From Octopus sinensis (Eukaryota), in NCBI RefSeq assembly GCF_006345805.1, contig NC_043000.1, positions 27,466,001 through 27,530,000 of the forward strand: a stretch of DNA of 64,000 bases. The letters are read 5' to 3'. The position numbers and the translations under genes are program-made. Under the pieces are notes generated by a model, which was not told the DNA's origin, searched no databases, and saw only the letters and a program-made list of their open reading frames with translations. Every line of letters starts with the position of its first letter. The stretch's first letter is position 1. Below are positions 1 through 11,105 of this stretch, piece by piece.

Positions 1-212
1 TATTTTTCCAGTATTGCATAAGTAAATGCCCTGGGCAGTCTTTATAGAAACCACCTAATAAGTAAATATTAATTACAGTAAATGAATATTAAACTGATAC
101 TATGTAATTTTTCCTTTTTAAAGTTGATAATTGATATATACACATATTTTACCTATTTTGGTTATGATATCATTTTTCATAATCTTAAATTTAATTTTTA
201 CACAACATAACA

Positions 213-258
<46 letters not shown>

Positions 259-264
259 TATCTA

Positions 265-440
265 TTTATTCCCCACCACCGCTTGATAACCGTTGTTTTC
301 GTGCTTACCCTCATTCACAGGTATCTTAGTGGTTCAACAAAAGTGGCCGATAGAATAAGTACCAGGTTTAAAACGAAAAAACCACTACTGGCGGCTATTT
401 GTTCGCCGTTCATGACCGCATTTCAATGACTGAATGCAAA
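265..440 (+). mobile_element. SINE family A, 3' half (degraded)
   Basis: Follows (TA)n(TG)n; matches the 3' module 'ccaccgcttgataacc...gatagaataagtacc...catgaccgca...aatgactgaa' seen in other copies in this window (e.g. 16600-16780). Confidence 0.6.
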
Positions 441-1544
441 AGTTTACTCAAGACACTATTATATTACATTCAACATAGAATCTATTGGTTATTTGTTATG
501 TAGAATCACTGATGATTTATGTCCTATTAAAGCCATAGTAAATATAAGCATTTTTTAGTTTCGTAACCGTTCAAATCCCGAGTCGTATTTGCATTCCGTT
601 CACCCACGAACCACGAAATAAGTATGCTGTGATCTATATACACGGCCGCGATGCCAAGATGTAACACAACAGAAAATAATTCTTGAAACCTGTGTTTGAA
701 AGTATGTACTTTAAACTGAGTAACAAAACACAATTCGCATAAATTTCTTTTGAATTATTTTCATATAAATTTACTCAATTAGATATATAAAATTCATGAA
801 GGTGAATCGTGATGGAAATTTTCATAAGAATATAAGATAAAGATAACAAAGCAGAAATTTTCAGCATTTCATTTTATTTTATTCTTACGAAAGAAGGTTT
901 GGCTTTTGAATATAAATTTATTTTATTACTTTCTTCAAATGATTTTACCAATTGATTTACAGTATTAATTCCATTTTCATTTTAATCATGCATTTATGGT
1001 GGAATTCCTTAGCAACGGCCGACTTCATTTCTTCAGATGGTAGAAACAATTACCAGCATTTAAACATGTTTTTCAACACCAGAAAACGTGAAAGCCTGGG
1101 TTGATAATGGAAATATGCTCTTATAGGTTCAAATAGCTGGAAATATTGTTGTCAGGTATATTTTATATAATACAATATAATATAATATAATAAATATAAT
1201 ATAATATAATAAATATAATATATATATATATATATAATGCATCAGCTTATAGAAAATAATATTTCGGAAATGGTTCAGAATAGAATGACATCACACATTG
1301 CATCGCCAAAAGATATGCATACACACAAAATCGCACACACCTACCCACACACAAATACATACATACATAGATATATATACAAACATACACACAAATGCTC
1401 ATACAAACACATACATACACATACAAAAATGCGCACGCACACAGACAAAGACACATCCACACTTTTACACACACAGGTATACACGTTCCAATGTCCGATG
1501 AAAACTAGCAAGCCGAACCTTCTGTGCTTCTCTCATCTATTTTA

Positions 1545-1712
1545 ACAACCGATGCTGGTGTGTTTACGTGCCCGAAACTTATCGGTTCGGCAAAAGAGAC
1601 CAATAGAATAAGTACTATGCTTACAAAGAATAAGTCCTGGGCTTGATTTGCTCGACTAAACGCGGTGCTTCAGCATGGCCACAGCCACATGACAGAAACA
1701 AGTAAAAGAGTA
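1545..1712 (+). mobile_element. SINE family A, 3' half
   Basis: 'aaccgatgctggtgtgtttacgtgccc...atagaataagtact...cagcatggcc...gaaacaagtaaaagag' shared with multiple copies. Confidence 0.75.
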
Positions 1713-1724
1713 ATATATATATAT

Positions 1725-2190
1725 ATTCGCAATACTTTTTTCGTTCGGCGTTAACAGCCCTTCTTATCTTGTTTTTCCTTGTCCTGTTTTTTACTGTTTA
1801 TAATTTGTACTGTCGTTACTGTCCTGTTTTTGTTACCATTTTTTACCCCTCTGCGAAAAGATCTCAGAATTTTAATTGATTTGCTTTTCGCAGGAAGGAA
1901 AGTTTCTTGTCGAAGATACGTCTCGCTTTTATCCTTCGAAACGTAGAGTAGATGAAACCATAGCGACTGAAGAAGAGTTTTTTTTCTTTGTGTTAATTGT
2001 CCTGTACTCTATTTTTGGGGTGATTTTAAGAAAATGTCCAGTTCCGTTGGTTTGTGTCTGTTTTCGTTTCTCATTGTGTTCGACGTCCTTTTGGTGTCCT
2101 GTACTCACATATGCGTGTATATGTACATGTAGAGGTAGGTACGTACATATATGTTTATATATATGCATGTTTTATTTTATTTACTTATAT
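1725..2190 (+). repeat. (TA)n-flanked T-rich interspersed repeat with weak hammerhead-like motif (~1904-1950)
   Basis: Bounded by (TA)n on both sides; contains 'ttgtcgaagata...tatccttcgaaacgtaga' (GAAACGTA with a partly complementary stem II), but the core is degenerate. Confidence 0.3.
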
Positions 2191-2242
2191 ATATATATAT
2201 ATATATATATAAGAAAGTTTGTTTGGTAAAGCACGTGGGTGA

Positions 2243-2768
2243 ATATATAAGAAAATAGTAAAGAGTGAAAAAACGACAGAAGGCTTAAATGTTAAGAAAT
2301 ATATATATTTGCGTCAAAATGTCTGGAGAATATTGGAAACATTTTTTTCCCTCCTTAAAATGACATAATTTTATAATTTTTAAAGAAATACCGGTTTCGC
2401 AGTTAGCTCTTCAAATTTCTTGTGACTTAATGTTTATTTTTAATAACGTAATCCTTGTATTTTTGCTACGGAGAGTTCTAAATAAGGGAAAGTAGTGAGT
2501 GGAAGAAATCACTCACTACTTACCCTTATTTAGAACTCTCCGTAGCAAAAATACAAGGATTACGTTATTAAAAATAAACATTAAGTCACAAGAAATTTGA
2601 AGAGCTAACTGCGAAACCGGTATTTCTTTAAAAATTATAAAATTATGTCATTTTAAGGAGGGAAAAAAATGTTTCCAATATTCTCCAGACATTTTGACGC
2701 AAATATATATATTTCTTAACATTTAAGCCTTCTGTCGTTTTTTCACTCTTTACTATTTTCTTATATAT
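2243..2768. repeat. Near-perfect palindrome (259-bp arms, 8-nt loop)
   Basis: 2243-2501 is the reverse complement of 2510-2768; one A/A mismatch seen (2489/2522); loop 2502-2509; right arm ends in (TA)n. Confidence 0.95.
2590..2628 (+). ncRNA. Minimal type I hammerhead-like motif (variant core); mirror copy 2383-2421 on -
   Basis: aagaaa-t-TTGAAGA-gc(taact)gc-GAAA-ccgg-T-A-tttctt: stem I aagaaa/tttctt, palindromic stem III accggt, C3U core plus one extra nt. Confidence 0.45.
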
Positions 2769-2787
2769 ATATATATATATATATATA

Positions 2788-2948
2788 GGCGTAGGAGTGG
2801 CTGTGTGTTAAGAAGCTTGCTTACGAACCACAAGGTTACGGGTTCAGTCCGAGTGCGTGGCACCTTGGGCAATTGTCTGCTACTATAGCCTCGGGCCGAC
2901 CAAACCTTGTGAGTGGATTTGGTAGACGGAAACTGAAAGAAGCCCGTT
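2788..2948 (+). mobile_element. SINE family A, 5' half (tRNA-like head), abutting an RTE fragment
   Basis: 'ggcgtaggagtggctgtgtg...gggttcagtcc' A/B-box-like head ending at 'gaaagaagcccg'; the usual microsatellite and 3' half are replaced by the LINE fragment. Confidence 0.8.
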
Positions 2949-2949
2949 G

Positions 2950-3840
2950 TACAGAATTGGCAGCTAAAATGTTTACCGGCAATAGCCGGATGTTGTAACT
3001 GCGTTTCATGTACCTTTGTATGTTTAAGTCCTCCCGCCGAATTACACACCCTTCAACATACCTGACAGATATGATTAGTATGATGTGTAACACCACCACC
3101 AGTGGCCTGGTTGTCTATCATCTGTCTAGCTTTTTGACTACAAAGATGACTCTTGAGTCCAGCTTTACTGAGGCAGGGTCTTGCACTGACACTGCATGTC
3201 AGCATCATAGGAAGACCCTACCATATATAAGTTCAAAATCGATACACTTCCTGACACCCCTCCTTATTTTCTCATACGGAACTCGAGATTTCTCGAGCTG
3301 TCACCTCGTGCACATTCATTCTCCACCTGCTATGGTCAGTAGCTTTGCCTTCCCATGTGTCAGGAGAGATGCAAGCATCTCTTAAGGAAGCCTTCAGCAA
3401 GTTCTTATACCTCTTTTTTGGTTTATGTGGAAGTAGTTCTCCATTGTATCCTTGCATCCTTCATCCTGGCCAGATGACCACTTCAACTGAGCCTTTGCTT
3501 TAACACAAAAGCTACTATACTTTCACACCGAGAGCTTTCCAATATTTCAAGATCACTGATGCGGTACTCCCACTTAATGCCGAAGATCCGTCTGAGACAC
3601 ATCTGATGGAATCGTTCCAGTTGTTTATGGTGGTATCGATATGTGACCCACGTCTCGCAGGCATAAAGAGGAGAAGGGAGCACACATGCCTTGCAAATCC
3701 TTTATCTTTGTCTTCCTGCATATGTCTCGCCGACAGCAGAGCGCTTTTCTAGCCTTCCGAAAGCATCACTTGCCTTCCTAATTCTGTGTGGAATTTCCTT
3801 ATCCAAATTGCTAAATCTATTAACAGTGCTTGTCAATAGA
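2950..3840 (-). mobile_element. RTE-clade LINE 3' fragment (RT C-terminus plus C-terminal Cys/His motif), frameshifted
   Basis: Minus-strand peptides LDKEIPHRIRKASDAFGRL, LPSPLYACETWVTYRYHHKQLERFHQMCLRRIFGIKW, KPKKRYKNLLKASL and CQVC*RVCNSAGGLKH, typical of the RTE/BovB-like ORF end. Confidence 0.9.
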
Positions 3841-3900
3841 CAAACTGATCAACTACATCAAGTCGTTTACCATACAAATAGATATATACACATATATAGC

Positions 3901-4179
3901 AACAGATGGAAATTGGCTCATTCACTACAGCTGTTTCAAACGGATTTCTCATTTAGATCTTTTTAGAATTTTTAACATTCTTTACCTGAATCTAGCCAGA
4001 AACCATGAAGTTTAACATAATGTTGTTTCTTTGAAATTTATTTCTAAGATGTTGAATGCATGTCTGTTCAACTGGAGAGAACGTTTTTCTTTTCCTGCAT
4101 GATGTAATAACTCTATTCATCAACAAAAAGATTTTGTCAGAGAAAGCTGTAGTGAATGATCCAATTTCCATCTACTGTT
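3901..4179. repeat. Short inverted repeat (28-bp core, 1 mismatch) around a 212-bp spacer; degenerate hammerhead-like motif on -
   Basis: gatggaaattggctcattcactacagct (3905-3932) vs reverse complement of 4145-4172; the minus strand has 'tgaaacagctgtagtg' (GAAA plus palindromic acagctgt). Confidence 0.75.
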
Positions 4180-4304
4180 ATTTCCTTAGTATTCACCTTA
4201 CTTCGAACCTGCACAATGCAACCTGCTCAGAGTTCTGCCTCGCAGGGGGATTTTCCATGGTCATTAATGACCGAAGATGCCATTGCCCATATCCTAACGT
4301 GTAT

Positions 4305-4346
<42 letters not shown>

Positions 4347-4368
4347 GTGTGTGTGTGTGTGTGTTGTG

Positions 4369-4399
<31 letters not shown>

Positions 4400-4509
4400 T
4401 GTGTATGTGCATGTGTGTGTGTGAGAGAGAGAGAGAGAGATAGAGACATGCGTGTGTGGGTTCGTGTGTTTCTGCGTGTGTGTAGTATATATATATATAT
4501 ATATATATA

Positions 4510-4689
4510 AGGGCAGAAGTTGATATTAATCAATTAAAACCAGTGGTCTAGTATATTTTTAAAAATCCGAAGATTAAAAATTGTTTACATACAAAATTTA
4601 GCGGATTGACCACTAAAAGTGGGTAGCCTGCATTGTGACCAGCGATGTGTAACAACATCTGATAGTCTGGTCGGTCACGTGATCACGTG

Positions 4690-4690
<1 letters not shown>
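4510..4690. repeat. (TA)n-flanked interspersed repeat; second copy at ~45570-45685
   Basis: 'agaagttgatattaatcaattaaaaccagtggtctagtatattttt...cactaaaagtgggtagcctg' aligns by eye with 45570-45685. Confidence 0.75.
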
Positions 4691-4748
<58 letters not shown>

Positions 4749-5255
4749 ATACAATATGTTACATTACTCGGTAGTCAAGATAAAACTCTGAGTTTCAGAT
4801 GCCGAAGTGGAAATCCACAACACCATCTCTTCGGTTATCTGGCTATTTGAAAACGTTATGAAAAAATACCTCTAAAAATGAAGGGAAATTACTCTGTTAT
4901 AACTCTGCTTTGCCTGCGTACTTATACATCGCTCGCATTTTTCGTCATAAAAATTATATAAAAATACATAAAAATATATAAAAATATATAAAAATATATA
5001 AAATCTTCTTGGGACATAACACAGAAAGCATGTTCTATCCGTTTTCTTTAGGGGACCAAAAACGTAACAGAAATTTAGTCACATGTGGGCATGATCCGAA
5101 AAGCTCTGTCCTTGTATTTAGACATGTGGTAGGGTCTAAGCTGCTTTTCCAGATAAGCCATCTCTCCATGTCGCATAAACCGCACCTTCCGCTGCCGTTA
5201 GTATAGGGCTTACATCTGGCCAAAATCTTCCATTGTATGTTATAATCGACACCTT

Positions 5256-5498
5256 TATCTTTGGTCTTTAAGAGATAAAGGTGTCGATTATAACATACAA
5301 TGGAAGATTTTGGCCAGATGTAAGCCCTATACTAACGGCAGCGGAATGTGCGGTTTATGCGACATGGAGAGATGGCTTATCTGGAAAAGCAGCTTAGACC
5401 CTACCACATGTCTAAATACAAGGACAGAGCTTTTCGGATCATGCCCACATGTGACTAAATTTCTGTTACGTTTTTGGTCCCCTAAAGAAAACGGATAG
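5256..5498 (+). pseudogene. Penelope-like element GIY-YIG endonuclease C-terminal fragment (5'-truncated); mirror copy 5035-5260 on -
   Basis: YLWSLRDKGVDYNIQWKILARCKPYTNGSGMCGLCDMERWLIWKSSLDPTTCLNTRTELFGSCPHVTKFLL matches the YxWxLK...WxI...CxLCxxE...LNxRxE...CxH pattern I recall for PLE endonuclease C-termini. Confidence 0.8.
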
Positions 5499-5692
5499 AA
5501 CATGCTTTCTGTGTTATGTCCCAAGAAGATTTTATATATTTTTATATATTTTTATATATTTTTATGTATTTTTATATAATTTTTATGACGAAAAATGCGA
5601 GCGATGTATAAGTACGCAGGCAAAGCAGAGTTATAACAGAGTAATTTCCCTTCATTTTTAGAGGTATTTTTTCATAACGTTTTCAAATAGCC

Positions 5693-5755
5693 AGATAACC
5701 GAAGAGATGGTGTTGTGGATTTCCACTTCGGCATCTGAAACTCAGAGTTTTATCT
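5693..5755 (+). ncRNA. Type I hammerhead-like motif (variant) in PLE 3' UTR; mirror copy 4778-4840 on -
   Basis: agataa-CCGAAGA-gatg...catc-t-GAAA-ctc-a-gag-TT-ttatct: stems I, II and III all pair; U4C core and an extra U before G12. Confidence 0.55.
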
Positions 5756-5851
5756 TGACTACCGAGTAATGTAACATATTGTATAGATAAATTTCCTCTA
5801 TTTACATAATATTGAGGTCTCTTTCTTTCTTTTGTTATCTTACCGTTTTAT

Positions 5852-5919
<68 letters not shown>

Positions 5920-5952
5920 ATTATGTATTATGTATGTAGGCGCAGTGAAGGC

Positions 5953-6152
5953 GCCTCGGACGGCTCAATGGTTAGAGCGTCGAGCTTACGATCGTGAGGT
6001 TGCCCTTGGATAACACTGGTGGGATAGAGAGGGGAGGCGGATATGCATGGGCGACTGCTGGTCTTCCATAAACAACCTTGTCCGGACTTGTGCCTCGGAG
6101 GGTAACTTTTGTAGGTGCAATCCCATGGTCAGTCGTGACCGAAGGGTGTCTC
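5953..6152 (+). mobile_element. SINE family D (tRNA-like head, internally deleted)
   Basis: 'ggctcaatggttagagcgtcgagcttacgatcgtgaggtt' A-box-like head; the tail 'cccatggtcagtcgtgaccgaagg' also resembles 4250-4280. Confidence 0.6.
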
Positions 6153-6158
6153 GAATGT

Positions 6159-6525
6159 AGACGCAGGCGTGGCTGTGTGGAAAATAGCTCTCTCAAACTA
6201 CATGTTCCGGGGTTCAATCCTACTGCGTGTTACCTTGGCAAGTGTCTGCTACTATAGCCTGAGGCCGACCTAAGTCCCGTGAGTGGATTTGTTAGACGAA
6301 AACTGAAAAAAAAAGCCTGTCGTATATATATGTGTATATATCTGTGTACATATGTGTCTTTGTGTCTGTGCTTATCCCCACGGTAACATAACCGTTCGGC
6401 AACAGAGACCTATAGAATTTTTAGCGGGCTTTAAAAACTAATAAATCCTGGGATCGATTTGTTCGGTTAAACCCTTTAAAACGGTATTCCAGCACGGTCA
6501 CGGACTAATGGCTGAAACGATTAAA
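6159..6525 (+). mobile_element. SINE family A, full bipartite copy
   Basis: 5' tRNA-like half, central TA/TG microsatellite, and 3' half. Confidence 0.8.
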
Positions 6526-7169
6526 TGGTGAAATATAAAAACAAAATGTGTGTGCGTGCGTGCGTGCATGTCTAATTGCTGTGTGCTGTAGCCGTCTAAG
6601 TCATACTAGCACAATGGAAATATTTTTTATGTTGTGGATCTGGATAAAATCACTTGGCTGGAGCTTATTTACCTTTAACTTTTTATTACAGTTTCTATGT
6701 TATTCAGACATACTCAGGACTGGAATCTTTTACATTAAATATTGATGATTTGGTGTTTTCGTTCGTATATGGTTGAAACAATCCGATAGTCGGCAACACT
6801 CGTATCTGACTCTTTACGCAATATTTATTCCCCTGATATGTATTTCTTTTCCTAGTTTTTACTTTTTTTTTAGTTATTCGACCGCGGGTGTTCTCGGACA
6901 CCGATTTAAAAGGGTTTTAGCCAAGTAAATCGTTTTGCTTTTTAAATGCATGGGGCTTGTTCTGCCAGTTCGTCACTCTGACCATATTTACTCATTTATA
7001 TCAATAGTTGTTTTGTTTAAATTAAAATAGTGTCTGGTAATTAAGAATAAAATACACCGGTGGCAGTATTTTAGGATGAATGAAAAAAACTTTTAAATGT
7101 ATCTACAGCTTACTGAGATATTTGACATGATTAATGTTTGTAGGTTTACGGAAACGTTAGAGCAGCTTA

Positions 7170-7573
7170 AAGCGGCGAGCTGGCAGAAACGTTAGCACGC
7201 CGTGCGGAGTGCTTAGCGGTATTTCGTCTGCCGCTACGTTCTGAGTTCAAAACCTGCCGAGGTCGACTTTGCCTTTCATACTTCCGGGGTCGATAAAAGT
7301 AAGTACCAATTACGCACTGGGGTCGATATAATCGACTTAATCCGTCTCTCTGTCCTTGTTTGTCCCCTCTGTGTTTAGTCCCTTGTGGGTAATAAAGAAA
7401 TAGGTATTTCATCTGCTGCTACGTTCTGAGTCAAATTCCGCCGAGGTCGACTTTGCCTTTCATCCTTTCGGGGTCAATTAAATTAGCACCAGTTACGCAC
7501 TGTCAACTTAATCCGTTCGTCTCTCCTTGTTTGTCCCTTCTATATTTAGCCCCTTGTGGGCAACAAAGAAATA
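7170..7573 (+). mobile_element. SINE family B, tandem (one full unit plus one 5'-truncated unit)
   Basis: 'gcggcgagctggcagaaacgttagcacg...gagttcaaa' head; the second unit starts at 'ggtatttc' (7403) directly after 'taaagaaata'. Confidence 0.85.
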
Positions 7574-8620
7574 AGAAACGTTGGAGCAGTTGGTAGAGTT
7601 CTATATGATATTTAATTATTTCTCTTTACGATCTAAGTTCAAATACATCCAAGATCAACTGTGTCTTTCTTCGTTACGGTGCCAATAGAGAAAAGTTTCA
7701 GTCAGTGATAAGAAACTCTAAAGAGAGCTGAACAGCAGATCTTCAGAAGATCTCCGATAAGGCAAATGTTTTCGCCTTTAACATTTTACACACAAAGAGG
7801 GCCGATCCACATCCAAGTCATGACTACTGGTCGCACTTCATCTGACACTTTGTAGCCCCTTGGACATCGGAGATTTGTGAAGTTAAACCTCTTGGAAAAT
7901 TCACCTAGTTGTAGTTCTACTCCGTTGACTCAGTTTTCAATTTTATAGTTCAAGTCGATTTAATCAAATAACACCTCACTATCACATGTCAGTCCTTAAA
8001 TGTATGTTAGATATTATAATTTAAAATTGTTTCGTAACAGATTTCCTGTCGAATGGCACAGATACTAAAATCTGGGTAACATTAGAGTTATTTTTTCCCT
8101 TTGTGACAGAAAGTACTGCAACAATGTTAAATTGTTTTCAATCGCTAATAAGGGTTACATCCAGTTATAGAGGCGGTAATATCTAATCAGTAACAAGATT
8201 TGAAGAATGCTAATTGCACAGCATTTTGTTAACTTAGAGCCACAGTATAAAACCTATTAGAATCATGGCTTTGTTTAAAAGAGGCAACACCCTAAAATTA
8301 AATTCTGTAATATTATTGAAGACATCATCTTACGTGTAATCCGTCAATTTTGATTTAATTCAAATCTTGTCTCACAAAATTATTATATTAAGTAGCACCT
8401 ATGCTACTTAATATTTTTAGAACTGTTTTCAAAATTAGCCTTTGTTGGTTAACATGTAATTAACTTATCAATTTTATTACAGTTTTTAGTTTGGCCCATA
8501 TAATGTAATTTTCTTTCACACTAATTACACTGCATTCCGTTTAAATGTATAGCCTCTGTGGTTTATATTCTTAAGCAGATTCGTACGTTCCCACAATTGT
8601 TTTCACACATTTGAATTATC

Positions 8621-8669
8621 CAATAATAATAATAATAATAATAATGATAATAATAATAATAATAATAAT

Positions 8670-8740
<71 letters not shown>

Positions 8741-8756
8741 TAATAATAATAACAAT
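8621..8756. repeat. (AAT)n/(AAC)n compound microsatellite
   Basis: Direct inspection. Confidence 0.95.
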
Positions 8757-9509
8757 AAAAATTTCCTGAGGTATTTATTTTAACAAATATACAACAGAGC
8801 CAATCACAATAGTTATTCACAGTATTAAAAAACAATAAACTTTATTCACAACCAGATTCAAAAGTATTTTTACACAAATTTTATTTTGAATAATGATTGA
8901 TTTATTGAAGACTTTTAAAAAATTATGAAAAATTAGATAAAAAACAAAAACCGGATTTTGAATTTCGATAGATCTGTTTCATTGAAATGTTAATAGCAGC
9001 TTGAATATAGTCGACACTTTTGACATCATTAAATTGGAAGCAATCATTTGAGCTGATTATAAAAACGGAAGCTCCAAGAATGACTTTTCTGTCGTGTGAA
9101 ATCAAAAGCGAGATCTCGAGATTTCATCAATGTTTACACTAAATATATTGAAAATATGCAATTAACCAATAATTAATACAGACTATATGTTAAACTTTTA
9201 TATAAATTGAAGTGATTGCTACAATTAGTCAATTATCAATATGTAATTAAATGGGATAAAACAAACTAAGTACGTTTTACGGAATACGAGTAAGAGTGAT
9301 TCTAAAGAAGATATGACTATCAGTTCTTGTAGGACTAGTTTCGGTTTTTAGGTGTTATATCAATCATTCAAGTGTAGTTCTTAATATATTAGGAATATGC
9401 GATTGGCAAAAAAGATCCCCGACTATAGGTGAATTACCATTTGTAGTGATGCCTTACAGTTATAATTGTATTTTGTACAGAATATTAATTTCTTGGTATG
9501 CTTAGTGAC

Positions 9510-10020
9510 TTGAAATTTGTTTTGGAGAAGACGCCAAGACTACCGTCATCGAACTGAAGGATGTTTTCAGTTTTTCTTTTCATGTTTGGGCTACTTTTGT
9601 ATCTTTGATGCTTTGTTTCATATAGATATCACCAACATGGTGGCGGTGCACAGTAGAATGGTCAGATGGATTCGTAGAACGTACACAACAAGGGACCAGG
9701 AAATATTTGCCGTCATTCGTCTGGAATACTCCTTTCAAATATAATCATACCGCAGTTAATTTAAAAGAGGAACTCGGGGCAGTTGAGAAGTGTTACTACA
9801 AAGAGATTGTATTGAGAAAAGAGGTAACCAACATGGAAAAACTGAAAGAAATATGTTTCTAGGCCCTGGAACGAAGAAATGAGAAATATGCAATGGTACG
9901 CATACGGAAGGTCCTAGAAGGGCTGCAACCAAACATTGACTTCGGGAGTTGAACTATTCGTGAGCAGAATGTTATTGTACCGCTCCAAAAGTCCCATTCG
10001 TCCCGTCTAAAGTGAAGATC
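9510..10020 (+). mobile_element. CR1/L2-group LINE RT C-terminal remnant, heavily decayed
   Basis: Peptides across frames: SRMVRWIRRTYTTRDQE...RLEYS, and KLKEICF*ALERRNEKYAMVRIRKVLEGLQPN; same motif series as 33780-34200. Confidence 0.65.
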
Positions 10021-10599
10021 TGATACTACAATAGTCGTGAATTCACTATGGATTATTTGCTTTTTAATGGATATAGGCAAAGGATTTACTTTTAGAATTC
10101 TCCTTATCATTTGCCACTCCAAAGTGTCTATTCATGAGGTGAGTTATGTGTTCCTACCTTATTAGCATTGTTGACATTTTATTCATGGTTACTATTTTAA
10201 GATACTACGTATGAAAACTCCACCAAAACCATTTTGTAGCAAATGGATAGTATAATCAAATGCCACATTTTGTTTCGATTGAAAACAAAAGATAGCAAAG
10301 TACTATTAGTGTCTTGCACAGATGTTAGCATTGTCTCTCCAAGCAATAGTAGCGCTGTGAGCACATGGCTTATTTAATTTACTAATCAGGACATTGGTTT
10401 GTGAATTAAATACTCCATTTGCTTAAACCCTTAAGATGGCTTGGAGACACAATGTGTGTTATTAAAACCTGCCTATATACGCGTCTCTAATGCAAGATGT
10501 GTTTTTCGATGTGATTTTATTAATTCATTTCTTTATCAAAACACTTCACTTCCTTGTTATCTGGGGTATTATTGTGTTGAGGATTTGGAAGATATATAC

Positions 10600-11105
10600 A
10601 TGCTACCAGTTTGTAGTTTCACTAATCTTTAAGATTAAGCTGATTTTCCGTTCAATGGGCCATTCAAAAATGATGTGCAATTCGCACACTAAACTAACAA
10701 ACATTTTTGTGTGGGCGCTATTTATCTTTAATATTTCAAGTAGTGTTTTTCCTTTGTCAATTACTGAATTCTTTCAGTTATTCGAATCATGTAGCATGTG
10801 GGGTATTCTTCAATTAATAAAACCTCCCTCAACTGTTCACGTGTTGTACTTGCTAAATTTAAAGATTCCTGACCATGACGATCTCTTATAAAGTGCTTGC
10901 TACAGTCATTGCTGTTCATGCTTCATTGATATATTTCATATTTGCATATTATTCGCGATGTGATTTTAAGGTGATGTCATTTTGAATCACGGCCATTTTG
11001 ATTTTCAGTGATGGATACAGTGTGATTTCTCCAGGATCACCTGGTTCAAGTGGCTTTGGTTTACTAGTGCCGCACTTCTTTTTTGTTGGGAAGCATGTAA
11101 TACAG
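10600..11105 (-). pseudogene. Possible decayed macro-domain (PARP9/14-like) coding remnant
   Basis: Frameshifted minus-strand peptides KIKMAVIQNDIT (cf. KIxVxxGDIT), DCSKHFIRDRHG (cf. ECxxYIxxHG) and IIFEWPIE (cf. GIFGFP) in the expected order; several stops. Confidence 0.3.

Larger units (their letters stand above)
4744..5789. repeat. Near-perfect palindrome (517-bp arms, 12-nt loop) of a Penelope-like element 3' end
   Basis: 4744-5260 is the reverse complement of 5273-5789; one substitution seen (ORF track HL vs HI); loop ttggtctttaag; (TA)n on the left, and on the right after ~65 bp of extra 3' sequence. Confidence 0.95.

Noticed and set aside
5580-5645. Possible SECIS element in the PLE 3' UTR (ATGAC...AAA...GA)
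   Set aside because: No complementary helix within the arm and no in-frame UGA in the visible ORF.
9509-9952. Long near-open frame first considered a novel gene
   Set aside because: Re-reading across frames shows CR1/L2-type RT C-terminal motifs, so it is annotated as a LINE relic.
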